Below the pieces are notes generated by a model. The model made no database searches. It saw nothing but the letters and a program-made list of their open reading frames with translations, and was not told the origin of the DNA. The position numbers and the translations under genes were made by a program. From positions 1 to 51,828 of the forward strand of contig JAFDER010000007.1 of assembly GCA_019310245.1 (NCBI GenBank): a stretch of DNA of 51,828 bases, given 5' to 3'. Within the stretch, counting starts at the first letter, position 1, and every line of letters begins with the position of its first letter. Below are positions 41,240 to 50,651 of this stretch, one piece after another. This DNA is from Deltaproteobacteria bacterium (lineage in GTDB: Bacteria; Myxococcota_A; Polyangia; DRWM01).

Positions 41240-43060
41240 ATGAAGACCGTCTTCATAGGCGGGGGCCACGGCTGCAAGGCCGTGCTGGAGCTTGTCTTCC
41301 AGCGCAGGCTCGCCGTGCTCAGCCCCGAGATCATCGGGGTCGTGGATCCGGATCCCGAGGCGCCGGGCATGGTGCTCGCGCGCGAGCACGATCTGCCGAC
41401 CTACTCGAGCGTGCGGGAGGCCCTCGCGCTTCCCGGGCTCAAGCTCGTCATCGAGGTGACAGGCATCGACGAGGTCAGGGAGGAGATCGTGCGCCTCGTC
41501 CCGGACCGCGTGCGCGTCATGGACCACGACATGGCGCGCGTGTTCTGGGATCTCGACGAGATGGCCAAGGACCTGCGGGAGGAGCTCAATCGCAAGACCG
41601 TGCTCGAGGCCGTGATCCGGGAGGACCGGCGGAGGCTGCAGGAGCTTCTCGACAGCCTGCCCGACGCGGTGATGGTCCTTGACAACGAGGGGCGCATCGA
41701 GCGCGTCAACCGCAAGTTCGAGGAGGTCACCGAGCTGCCCTGGCCCGAGGTGCGCGGCCTGTTCTGCCGGGACATGGCCCGGGGCAGGGACATCGACTGC
41801 GGTGCCGAGGACTGCCCCCGCAGGCGCGTGCTCGAGACGGGCAGGGCCCTGACCGTGGTCCAGCAGCACTCCTGCATCCGCGCTGCCTGCACCAGCGGCG
41901 ACTGCTACTACCAGATCACCGCCACGCCTGTCCTGAAGGACCGGGTCGTGATCACCTCGCGGGAGGTCACCGAGCAGATCCGCCTCGCCCTCGAGACCGA
42001 GGAACTGGCGAGGCGGGCCCGCCAGATCCTCACCGCCGTGCACGGCATCATCACCATCTCCGATCTCGACGGGCGCTACCAGTTCGCGAATCCCAGCGCC
42101 CAGCGCTTCTTCGGCATTTCCGCTGACGCCTTCATCGGCAAATCGACCACCGAGATCCTCCCGCCCGACGTCGCCGTGCTCTTCGAGGATAACGACCGGG
42201 CGCTCCTCGAGAAGGGGAGTCGCATGACGAGCAAGGAGACGTTCCACCTGGGAGGACACGAGAGCGTGCTCATCACGGAGAGGATCCTGCTCAGGGACTA
42301 CAAGGAGGAGCTGGTCGGGATCTGCCGCGTCTCGCGCAACGTCACCGAGTCGATGCAGCTGCAGGAGGAGATCGTCGAGTCGGAGAAGCACGCGGCCGTG
42401 GGAAAGCTCGCGGCCGGCGTGGCCCACGAGCTCAACAACCCCCTCACGGGAATCCTCACCTTCTCCGAGTCGCTGCTCGACGACACGCCTGAGGACTCGC
42501 CGGTGCGCGAGGACCTCGAGGTCATCGTGCGCGAGACGTTCAGGTGCCGCCAGATCGTGCGCGACCTGCTCGACTTCTCGCGTCAGGCGAGGTCGAATCC
42601 CCAGGTGCTGTCCATGGTGCCCGTCGTCAAGAAGGCCGTCCAGCTCGTCAACAAGCAGGCCGCCTTCCAGGACATCGACTTCGTTCTCGAGCTCGATGAC
42701 GATGCGAGCGTGCGGGCGGACTTCAACCAGCTCCAGCAGGTGATCCTCAATCTCGTCATCAACGCCCGCGACGCGATGGACGGCAGGGGGATGCTCACCG
42801 TCCGCGCGAGGAACGACAGGGATAGGCGCCGGGTGGTGGTCGACGTCTCGGACGAGGGCTGCGGCATCGCGCCGGAGAACATCGACAAGATCTTCGAGCC
42901 TTTCTACTCCACCAAGGGCCAGCGGGGCAACGGCCTCGGTCTGGCCGCGGTGCGTTCGATCATGGAGCAGAACAAGGGCGCCATCGCCGTGCAGAGCACC
43001 CCGGGCGAGGGCTCGATCTTCACCATCTCCCTGCCCGCCGTCAGCTCCACCTCCTCCTGA
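41240..43060 (+). CDS. Cytoplasmic sensor histidine kinase: Rossmann-like N-domain, PAS domains (one Cys-rich), HisKA, HATPase_c
   Basis: MKTVFIGGGHGCKAVLELV...IIGVVDPDPEAPG (Gfo/Idh/MocA-like). Cys-rich PAS FCRD...CGAEDCPRRR...HSCIRAACTSGDCYY. H-box AGVAHELNNPLTGI. N, D, G boxes NLVINARDAM, DEGCGI, GNGLGL. No response regulator is adjacent. Confidence 0.85.
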   Translation: MKTVFIGGGHGCKAVLELVFQRRLAVLSPEIIGVVDPDPEAPGMVLAREHDLPTYSSVREALALPGLKLVIEVTGIDEVREEIVRLVPDRVRVMDHDMARVFWDLDEMAKDLREELNRKTVLEAVIREDRRRLQELLDSLPDAVMVLDNEGRIERVNRKFEEVTELPWPEVRGLFCRDMARGRDIDCGAEDCPRRRVLETGRALTVVQQHSCIRAACTSGDCYYQITATPVLKDRVVITSREVTEQIRLALETEELARRARQILTAVHGIITISDLDGRYQFANPSAQRFFGISADAFIGKSTTEILPPDVAVLFEDNDRALLEKGSRMTSKETFHLGGHESVLITERILLRDYKEELVGICRVSRNVTESMQLQEEIVESEKHAAVGKLAAGVAHELNNPLTGILTFSESLLDDTPEDSPVREDLEVIVRETFRCRQIVRDLLDFSRQARSNPQVLSMVPVVKKAVQLVNKQAAFQDIDFVLELDDDASVRADFNQLQQVILNLVINARDAMDGRGMLTVRARNDRDRRRVVVDVSDEGCGIAPENIDKIFEPFYSTKGQRGNGLGLAAVRSIMEQNKGAIAVQSTPGEGSIFTISLPAVSSTSS

Positions 43061-43162
43061 TCCCGCGCGCTCCTGCGCACCTTGCCCGTTCGAGGGCGAA
43101 ACACTGCCCCCACGGTACCAGCCTCTGAATGTTCGGTGGAAGCGATGCGTTCGATCGTCGCT

Positions 43163-44590
43163 CTAGAGATCCCAGCCCTTGTCGATGTCGTCCTTCGGCT
43201 CCTCGTCCCAGCCCTCGTCCTTCTTGTCCTTGATGGCCTTTTCCTCGGCGCGCAGGGCGGCCACTTCCTCGGGCACTGCACTGGGTGTCTTGCGAGACGG
43301 GTCGCTTCTCGGAATGGGCCGGGTCTCCGCCAGGAACCTGTCCCTCTCCTTCTTGAGGATGGACTTGCTGGTCGGCGGGTCCGACGGCCTGTTGAGGTCG
43401 TCGGTCAGGTAGTTGACCTCAACGGCGGAAGGAGGCGACGGCACGTTGACGTGATCCAGGGGAGGGGAGGTCGACGACCTGCGCCTGCGGGCCCGCGCCA
43501 GCGGACCCTCGCTGTCGTTGCCGCTCACGATGCGGTAGCCGGTCAGCGAGTCCCGGACCTGTTCGGGCTGCGAATTCCTCAGCCTCGGGGGAGGCTGCGT
43601 GGGCGGGCGTGAGACCTGGTGGCCAACCGCGCGCGCCGCGAGGGGTCCGAGCACGCGGCTCATGTGCTGTGCGCTCTCGAACCGCATCGAGGGGCTCTTG
43701 GACAGCGCCTGGTTGATCACCGCCACGAGGTCGACGGGAAGCTCGGGAAGGTGATCGCGAGGGTCGGGCGGCGGCTTCGTGATGATGTCCACCATCAGGG
43801 TCGCGTAGCTCGTCGAGCGGAAGGGCAGCCTTCCGGTCGTCATCTCGTAGAGGATGATCCCGACCGAGTACAGGTCGGCTCGGTGGTCGACGTCGAGCCT
43901 CCCCTCGGCCTGCTCGGGCGAGACGTAGTAGGGGGTCCCGTAGACCTTGCCTGCCTCGGTCAGTCGGCTCGTCTGGTCCATCTGGGCCGTGGACAGCCGG
44001 GAGATGCCGAAGTCGAGCAGCTTGACGATCTCCTCGCCGCCGGACTGCAGCGCAAGGAAAATGTTCTCCGGCTTGAGGTCGCGGTGGATGATGCCCTCGG
44101 AGTGCACCGCGTGCAGGCCGTCGAGCACCTGCATGGTGATGTCCACGGCGCGGTCGACCGAGAGCCTCTCCTCGCGCTCGAGCAGCTCGCCCAGGCTGTC
44201 GCCCTCGAGGTGCTCCATGACGATGTACGGCACGTCCTCGGACGTCTCGCCCATGTCCAGCACCGCCACGATGTTCTTGTGGCCCAGCGCGGCGGCGATC
44301 CTGGCCTCGTTGATGAACCTCTGCCTGACCTCGGACGAGCCGCACGTCTCGGGCGCCAGGAACTTGATGGCGACGCGCCGGTCGATCAGCTTGTGGCGGC
44401 CCTCGTAGACGACCCCCATCCCGCCCGAACCCACGACGCCCTCGACCCTGTACTTGCCGTCCAGGAGGCTGCCGCCCATCTTGTGGATCGAGGCGAGTTT
44501 CTGACCCGTTTTCGGGCAGACATCGATGTCCTCGTCATGGTCGAGGTGGCAGTGCGGACAGATGAAGGTTCTCTTCTTCAGATAGCGCAA
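43163..44590 (-). CDS. Ser/Thr protein kinase (Hanks type) with N-terminal zinc-ribbon-like motif and disordered acidic tail
   Basis: GSGGMGVVYEG, VAIKFL, HRDLKPENIFL, DFGIS, GTPYYVSPEQ. N-terminus CPHC-x12-CPKTG. TTG start at 44590; an internal ATG (MGGSLL) is an alternative. Confidence 0.9.
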   Translation of the reverse strand: MRYLKKRTFICPHCHLDHDEDIDVCPKTGQKLASIHKMGGSLLDGKYRVEGVVGSGGMGVVYEGRHKLIDRRVAIKFLAPETCGSSEVRQRFINEARIAAALGHKNIVAVLDMGETSEDVPYIVMEHLEGDSLGELLEREERLSVDRAVDITMQVLDGLHAVHSEGIIHRDLKPENIFLALQSGGEEIVKLLDFGISRLSTAQMDQTSRLTEAGKVYGTPYYVSPEQAEGRLDVDHRADLYSVGIILYEMTTGRLPFRSTSYATLMVDIITKPPPDPRDHLPELPVDLVAVINQALSKSPSMRFESAQHMSRVLGPLAARAVGHQVSRPPTQPPPRLRNSQPEQVRDSLTGYRIVSGNDSEGPLARARRRRSSTSPPLDHVNVPSPPSAVEVNYLTDDLNRPSDPPTSKSILKKERDRFLAETRPIPRSDPSRKTPSAVPEEVAALRAEEKAIKDKKDEGWDEEPKDDIDKGWDL

Positions 44591-44866
44591 ACCAAGTACC
44601 TACATTGAGCTGGTGGGACCGCACAGGGCGGCCTCTCCTCCCACAGCAGTCAACATGCTACGCGCAGAGTCGTTTTTATCACGAGGCCCATCGGCAGTCA
44701 ATAAAGCCGACGCGAGCCACAGTGAGTGATCTCACCTCCCTAGCTTCACCATGGTATTCTCGGAATTCCAGGAGTGCGCATTACACGAATACTGAACGCA
44801 TCGAGCCGGAAACGTGTTTCATGATCCCGCGGTGCACATGCATGAGGCGGCCGCCGAGTCCTCTCG

Positions 44867-44895
44867 TTGACACCCACCCGAGCCGAACGCATACT
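44867..44895 (+). promoter_or_regulatory. Sigma-70-like promoter candidate TTGACA-17 nt-CATACT just before the redox operon
   Basis: TTGACA at 44867-44872 and CATACT at 44890-44895. The ATG at 44906 has no SD, so the transcript would be leaderless or nearly so. Confidence 0.3.
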
Positions 44896-44905
44896 CACCG
44901 GGCCC

Positions 44906-45697
44906 ATGCAGGTCAGGGTGACAGTGGATGGCAGGGGGGTACGCGCCGAGAGGCACCAGATGCTCCTCGGGCTTCTCCACAGCCTCGGGGTGCGTCTGCC
45001 CACGCTCTGCCACCTCGACGGCCTGAGCCCGTACGGCGCCTGCCGGCTGTGCCTGGTCGAGGTCGCGCGCGGCGGGGGCACGCGCGTCACCACCGCGTGC
45101 AACCTGCCCGTCGAGGATGGAGCCGTCTACACGACGTCGTCGCCGAGGCTGTCCCGCCTCAGGAGGCTCGCGGCCGAGCTCCACCTGGCCCGCTGCCCCG
45201 ACGAGCCGGAGGTCCGCCGCGTCGCCCGGGCTCTCGGGGTCCGCAGGGCGAGGCTGAGGCCCGTGGGCGACACCTGCATCCTGTGCGGCCTGTGCGAGCG
45301 CGTGTGCCGCGAGGTGGTGGGTGCGAGCGCCCTCGGGTTCGAGGGACGGGGAACGTCCCGCGCGCTCGCCAGCGCGTACGGCGAGGTGCCCGAGGAGTGC
45401 ATCGGCTGCGGCGCCTGCTCGTTCGTCTGCCCCACGGGGACGATCCGGATGCAGGAGGCCGCCGTCGAGTCCCTGCGGCGGCTGCCCGGGTCAGAGCGGC
45501 CCTGCCGCCACGCGCTGACGGGGATGATGCCGGCGGCGTTGTGCTCGATGAGCTACCAGTGCGCGTCGTGCGAGGTCGACCAGCGTCTCAGGGAGATCGT
45601 CTCCACGCATCCCGTGCTCGCGCTGGGCAGGGGTCCCGAGGCCCGCCGTCTGGCCGAGTACCTGGTCACGACACGCCGGGGAGCGGGGCGGCCATGA
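44906..45697 (+). CDS. Iron-sulfur protein: NuoG/HndD-N-terminal-like [2Fe-2S] plus two [4Fe-4S] motifs
   Basis: MQVRVTVDG...LPTLCHLDGLSPYGACRLCLVEV...TACNLPVEDG. CILCGLCERVC and CIGCGACSFVCP. Start taken at M14 of ORF 44867..45697. The stop overlaps the next ATG (ATGA). Confidence 0.75.
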   Translation: MQVRVTVDGRGVRAERHQMLLGLLHSLGVRLPTLCHLDGLSPYGACRLCLVEVARGGGTRVTTACNLPVEDGAVYTTSSPRLSRLRRLAAELHLARCPDEPEVRRVARALGVRRARLRPVGDTCILCGLCERVCREVVGASALGFEGRGTSRALASAYGEVPEECIGCGACSFVCPTGTIRMQEAAVESLRRLPGSERPCRHALTGMMPAALCSMSYQCASCEVDQRLREIVSTHPVLALGRGPEARRLAEYLVTTRRGAGRP

Positions 45698-48576
45698 GCC
45701 ACGATCCGAGGCCGTCCGGCCGGGCGCCGTGCAGGCATGCCTGTCCCGTGGATCAGAACGCGAAGGAGTACGTCGCGCTCATCGCGGAGGGCCGGTTCCG
45801 GGACTCGCTCGAGGTCATCCGCAGGACCAACCCCTTTGCCTCGGTGTGCGGACGCGTGTGCACGCATCCTTGCGAGCGCGAGTGCGTCCGCGCGGGCTCG
45901 GGCGGCGCCGTGGCCGTGCGCTGGCTCAAGCGCTTCGTGGCCGACCGGGCCGCCGACGAGGGATCCCTGCCACCTGCCGGACCCTTCGATCCGTGGAGGA
46001 CGCAGCGGGTGGCCGTCGTGGGAGCGGGCCCGGCGGGCCTGACCGCAGCGCTCGATCTCGCCTCGCTGGGCTACGGCACGACCGTGCTCGAGGCCCGCGA
46101 CGAGCCGGGCGGGATGATGCGCTGGGGCATTCCCGAGTTCAGGCTTCCTCGCCACCTCGTGCGCCTCGAGACGCGCGCCGTCGAGGAGGCGGGCGTGAGG
46201 ATCGTGACGGGATTCAGGCTGGGACGCGACGGCGATCTCGACGATCTGCTCGCCGGGGACCATGCGGCCGTGCTCATCGCGGCCGGCGCCGGACGGCAGT
46301 CCGGGCTTCCCATCGAGGGCGACTCGGGCGAGGGCGTGGCCGACACCCTCGCGTTCATGGAGACAGGCACCGTCGCGGGCCGGCCACTGGCCCGCATGCG
46401 CGTCGTCGTCGTCGGCGCCACCCGCGAGGGGTTCGACGCGGCGCGTCTCGCCGCGCGGCAGGGCGCACGATCCGTCGTGCTCGTCACGCACCTCGAGCAC
46501 GATACGTGGGACGGCTCGGTCGTCGAGGCGCTCGAGGCCGACGGGGTCAGGATCATGGACGGGATCAGGCCCGTCGCGGTGCGCAGGAAGGCGGGCCGGA
46601 TCGAGGCTCTCGAGGTCCGGCGGGTCTCGGGCCGCGGCAGGAACGTGACGATTCCCGCCTCGATCGTGCTGCCTGCGGCCGACCGCCACGTGGACCCGGG
46701 ACTGCTCGACGCGTGTCGCGGCGTGCAGAGGGGGCCGTGGGGGATCATCGCCGATCCCCGCTCCCTCGCCACCTCGCGCTCCGGCGTGTTCGCAGCCGGC
46801 GATGCGGTGACCGGTCCGAGGAACGTCATCGAGGCGGTGGCGGCGGGACACAGAGCGGCCTCGGCCATCCACGAGAGCCTCTCCGGCGAGACGTGGCAGG
46901 CGGCCGGCAGGCCATGGCCGCCGTCCGCCGGACCCGAGGCCTGGGAGATCACCGCCCCCTCGCACCCGGCGCTCGAGCGGTCCGCGCCTCTCTCGGGCCC
47001 GGCGATGGCCATGCGCGAGGCGCGCCGCTGCCTGAGGTGCGGGCAGTGCCTGGACTGCGAGACGTGCCACCCGGACTGCCCCACGCGCGTCGCCATGCTC
47101 GCCCTGCCGGGCTCGCGCACCCCGTCATGGACGGATCCTCTGATCAAGATCGACGAGGAGGTTGTCGTCGAGGTCCTGGGCGGCGGCCCGATCCGTCTCG
47201 GAGACGATCCGCCGCGCGAGCCCGTGGTTCCCGTACCGGTGGTGGACGCCTCCGCATGCCTCGGTTGCGGTCGCTGCGCCGATGCCTGCCCCTACGACGT
47301 GGTGCAGATGACGCTCGGCGCGGACGGGGCGGGGATCGCCCGCATCCACGCGCATGCCTGCCGGGCGTGCGGCTCGTGCGCCGGCGCCTGCCCGGTCGAT
47401 GCCATCGACCAGCCGTACTGGAGCCACGACGCGCTGGACCGTGCCGTTGACGGCAGGAGCGGGGACGTGGTGCTCGCCTGCAGGTGGGGCGAGGATGCGC
47501 CGGCATCGGCCGTGCCGCTTCCGTGCGCGGGACGCGCGGGCGAGCGCGTCCTGCTGCGCGCCGCCGCCGCCGGCGCCTCGTCCGTCGACCTGCGCGACTG
47601 CGGCGACGCGTGCCGGTACCGCACCGGACGCGCGTGCGGCCAGGCCGCGCTTGCGAGGGTCGAGACCGTCCTGGAGCGCCTCGGTCTCGAGGCCGGCAGG
47701 CTGTCCGGCAACGACGTTGCGCCCATGGAGTCCGGCGACGGTCACGGCCGGTCCGTTGCCGGACCATTCGCAAGGCCCATGCTCGACGTCGAGAGGCTGC
47801 TCGCGCGCTCGGAGATCACGCCAGTGCGCAGACCCCTCGTGCACGACCTTCGCGTTGCCGACAGGGCAGATGTCCTGCTCCACTCCGGCTGCCTGCCCTT
47901 CATCGACGCCCTGGCCGGCAACGACGTGGATCCATGCCTTGCTCATGGACTGAGGTCCGCGGTCCGGCTCCTCAACCGATCCGGGATCGTTCCCGCCCTG
48001 ACCGACGACGAGCGATCCTGCGGCCTCGATCTGCGCGGCGCCGGGGACGGGGAGGCGTACCTGAGGCTCGCCGCGCTCGGTGTCGAGGCGATCGAGCGCA
48101 CGGGCGCCCGCGTGGTGGTGACCACATGCGGCGAGGCCGTCCATGCGCTCGCCGCACAGGTGAAGGCCGCCCGTGGATCTTCCCCGCTCGAGGTCGTTCA
48201 CCTCGCCTTGTTCCTCGACGAGATGCAGCCGGAGCCGCCGCGCGCGCCGGCCGGGGCGCCGGCCGTGGCCGTGCTCGATGATCCCGCGGATCCGGCCGTG
48301 CGAAGGGCGGCCTCGAGGTTGCTGCGATCGGCGGGCCTGAGGCCCGTCAGGTGGAAGCCTCCTCGCCACCCGGTGCGTGAGGCTCACGGCCAGGGGACCC
48401 GGGAGGACGCGCTCGCAGTGCTCGAGGCGGCGCGCTCGAGCGGCGCCTCCATCGTCGCGTGCACGTCCCTGAGGCGGAGTCTCGGTGCGATGTACGTGCT
48501 GAGACAGGGAGGCTGGGACGGCTTCGGCGTGCGCGTGATGGATCTCGCCTCGCTCCTCGCAGGCGGTGGACCATGA
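45694..48576 (+). CDS. Multidomain oxidoreductase: GltD-like Fe-S/FAD/NAD(P) module, 4Fe-4S ferredoxin domain, MvhD/FlpD-like domain and HdrB-like CCG-type domain
   Basis: CRHACPV...NPFASVCGRVCTHPCERECVR. VAVVGAGPAGLTAALDL...EARDEPGGMMRWGIPEFRLP. GVFAAGDAVTGPRNVIEAVAAGHRAA. CLGCGRCADACP and CRACGSCAGACP. VVLACRWG...LPCAGR...DLRDCGDACRY (MvhD pattern). LLHSGCLPF...VVTTCGEAVHAL (HdrB/LutA-like). Only the part from MSHDPRPSG of ORF 44605..48576 is used. Confidence 0.75.
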   Translation: MSHDPRPSGRAPCRHACPVDQNAKEYVALIAEGRFRDSLEVIRRTNPFASVCGRVCTHPCERECVRAGSGGAVAVRWLKRFVADRAADEGSLPPAGPFDPWRTQRVAVVGAGPAGLTAALDLASLGYGTTVLEARDEPGGMMRWGIPEFRLPRHLVRLETRAVEEAGVRIVTGFRLGRDGDLDDLLAGDHAAVLIAAGAGRQSGLPIEGDSGEGVADTLAFMETGTVAGRPLARMRVVVVGATREGFDAARLAARQGARSVVLVTHLEHDTWDGSVVEALEADGVRIMDGIRPVAVRRKAGRIEALEVRRVSGRGRNVTIPASIVLPAADRHVDPGLLDACRGVQRGPWGIIADPRSLATSRSGVFAAGDAVTGPRNVIEAVAAGHRAASAIHESLSGETWQAAGRPWPPSAGPEAWEITAPSHPALERSAPLSGPAMAMREARRCLRCGQCLDCETCHPDCPTRVAMLALPGSRTPSWTDPLIKIDEEVVVEVLGGGPIRLGDDPPREPVVPVPVVDASACLGCGRCADACPYDVVQMTLGADGAGIARIHAHACRACGSCAGACPVDAIDQPYWSHDALDRAVDGRSGDVVLACRWGEDAPASAVPLPCAGRAGERVLLRAAAAGASSVDLRDCGDACRYRTGRACGQAALARVETVLERLGLEAGRLSGNDVAPMESGDGHGRSVAGPFARPMLDVERLLARSEITPVRRPLVHDLRVADRADVLLHSGCLPFIDALAGNDVDPCLAHGLRSAVRLLNRSGIVPALTDDERSCGLDLRGAGDGEAYLRLAALGVEAIERTGARVVVTTCGEAVHALAAQVKAARGSSPLEVVHLALFLDEMQPEPPRAPAGAPAVAVLDDPADPAVRRAASRLLRSAGLRPVRWKPPRHPVREAHGQGTREDALAVLEAARSSGASIVACTSLRRSLGAMYVLRQGGWDGFGVRVMDLASLLAGGGP

Positions 48577-50651
48577 GAAGGATCCACGCACATCCCATCC
48601 TCGACGTGAAGCCGCGCCCGAAGGTGCGCTTCACGTTCAACGGCGAGCAGGTGGACGCGTTCGAGGGGGAGATGATCTCCTCCGCGCTCTTCGCGGGCGG
48701 CGTGCACCACTTCGGCCTCCATCCGGGCGACGGCAGCCCCCAGGGCATCTTCTGCGCCAACGGCCAGTGCTCCCAGTGCACGGTGATCGCCGACGGCCTT
48801 GCCGTGAAGTCCTGCATGACGCCCGTCAGGCAGGGCATGATCGTGCAGAGCTGCAACACCGTTCCGCAGCTCGTTGCGGACGACCGTCCCGCGGAGCTCA
48901 GGGACGCGCCCGTGGTCGAGACGGACGTACTCGTCATCGGTGGTGGTCCCGCCGGGATCAACGCCGCCATCGAGCTCGCGCGTGCCGGCATCGGCGGCAT
49001 CCTCGTGGACGACAAGCCCGGGCTGGGCGGCAAGCTCACCCTGCAGACGCACTCCTTCTTCGGTTCCATCGACGCGTGCCACGCCGGCACGCGGGGCATT
49101 GACATCGGCACCCTGCTCGCCGACGAGCTCGAGGGGATCGGCCGGTTCCAGGTCTGGACGCGCACCTCCGCCGTGGGCATCTTCCACGACCGGGCGGTCG
49201 GGCTTGTCAGGAACGGGTCCTCGTACGTGCTCGTGCGTCCCCGCGCCCTCCTCGTCGCAACCGGCGCGCGGGAGAAGGCGCTGGCCATGCCGGGAGGCGA
49301 CCTGCCCGGCGTCTACGGAGCAGGTGCGTTCCAGACGCTCGTCAACCGGGACCTCGTGCGGTCTGCCTCGCGCCTGTTCATCGTCGGCGGCGGGAACGTA
49401 GGCCTCATCGCGGGCTACCACGCTCTCCAGGCGTCCATCGACGTCGTGGGGCTGGTGGAGGCCCTCCCCGAGGTGGGAGGCTACAAGGTGCACCTCGACA
49501 AGCTGAGGCGGCTCGGCGTGCCGGTGTGGACCTCCCACTCCGTTGCGAGGATCATCGGCCGCGAGCACGTGGAGTCGGTGGTCATTTGCGAGCTGGACCG
49601 CCGCTGGAAGCCCGTCCCCGGATCCGAGAGGAGCTTCGACGTGGACACGGTCCTCGTCGCCGTGGGCCTCACCCCGATCGACGAGATCGCCCTCAAGGCG
49701 CGGCTCTATGGCATGGACGTGTGGACGGCCGGGGACGCGCACATGATCGCCGAGGCGAGCGCGGCCATCTTCAGCGGCAAGATGGCGGGCCGGGAGATCG
49801 CGCGCGCCCTTGGCGCGGACACCGACGTGCCCGCATCATGGCAGAGGACGGCCGAGGTCCTGCGATCCAGGCCCGGCCCCGTCGAGGAGATCCCCCTCGC
49901 CGAGCACGACCTGCCCGTCCATCCCGTGATCCGCTGCTTCCAGCCCATCCCGTGCAACCCCTGCACGGAGGTCTGTCCCGTGGGACGGATCACGATCCCC
50001 GCGGGCGACATCATGGACCTGCCCGTGTTTCTCGGCGAGGAGTGCCTGGGGTGCGGCCGCTGCGTGGCCGTGTGCCCCGGGCTTGCGATCAACCTGCTCG
50101 TCAGGGATGCCGATCCGCGCAGGCGCATTGCACAGATCGTCATGCCCTACGAGCTCGGTGCCGACACCATCGAGCCCGGCCAGAGGGTCGTGACGGTCGG
50201 GACCGAGGGCGAGCGCGTCGGCCGCGGCCGCGTGCTCGCCACGCGCAGGCACGAGGACCTCGACCGCCGGCTGCTCGTGATCATCGAGGTCCCCTGGAAG
50301 GACAGGCTCCGCGTCGCGGGCTTCCGCGTGCGCACGCCGCGCGAGGGACGCCACGCGCGCAGGCGGGCCGAGCCCGAGACGATCGTGTGCCGGTGCGAGC
50401 GCGTGACCCGCGAGCGCGTGGTTCAGGAGATCCGCAGGGGCGTCAGGGACATCAACCAGCTCAAGGCCACCCTGCGCTCCGGAATGGGAGCGTGCGGCGG
50501 AAAGACGTGCGGCGAGCTGATCCTCAGGATCTTCCGCGAGGAGGGCGTCGAGCCCGCCTCCGTCGAGAAGAACACCCTCAGGCCCTTCTTCGAGGAGGTG
50601 CCCCTCGGGGTCTTTGCCGGAGCCGTCGATGGCGACGGAGAGGAGGCCTAG
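48573..50651 (+). CDS. Opine/sarcosine-oxidase alpha (OoxA/HcnAB/PDH-alpha)-like Fe-S flavoprotein
   Basis: N-terminal [2Fe-2S] FTFNGEQVDAFEGE...CANGQCSQCTV...SCMTPV. VLVIGGGPAGINAAIELA and FIVGGGNVGLIAG dinucleotide folds. CNPCTEVCP and CLGCGRCVAVCP. C-terminal BFD-like CRCERVT...GACGGKTC. ATGA overlap with the upstream gene. Confidence 0.8.
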   Translation: MRRIHAHPILDVKPRPKVRFTFNGEQVDAFEGEMISSALFAGGVHHFGLHPGDGSPQGIFCANGQCSQCTVIADGLAVKSCMTPVRQGMIVQSCNTVPQLVADDRPAELRDAPVVETDVLVIGGGPAGINAAIELARAGIGGILVDDKPGLGGKLTLQTHSFFGSIDACHAGTRGIDIGTLLADELEGIGRFQVWTRTSAVGIFHDRAVGLVRNGSSYVLVRPRALLVATGAREKALAMPGGDLPGVYGAGAFQTLVNRDLVRSASRLFIVGGGNVGLIAGYHALQASIDVVGLVEALPEVGGYKVHLDKLRRLGVPVWTSHSVARIIGREHVESVVICELDRRWKPVPGSERSFDVDTVLVAVGLTPIDEIALKARLYGMDVWTAGDAHMIAEASAAIFSGKMAGREIARALGADTDVPASWQRTAEVLRSRPGPVEEIPLAEHDLPVHPVIRCFQPIPCNPCTEVCPVGRITIPAGDIMDLPVFLGEECLGCGRCVAVCPGLAINLLVRDADPRRRIAQIVMPYELGADTIEPGQRVVTVGTEGERVGRGRVLATRRHEDLDRRLLVIIEVPWKDRLRVAGFRVRTPREGRHARRRAEPETIVCRCERVTRERVVQEIRRGVRDINQLKATLRSGMGACGGKTCGELILRIFREEGVEPASVEKNTLRPFFEEVPLGVFAGAVDGDGEEA

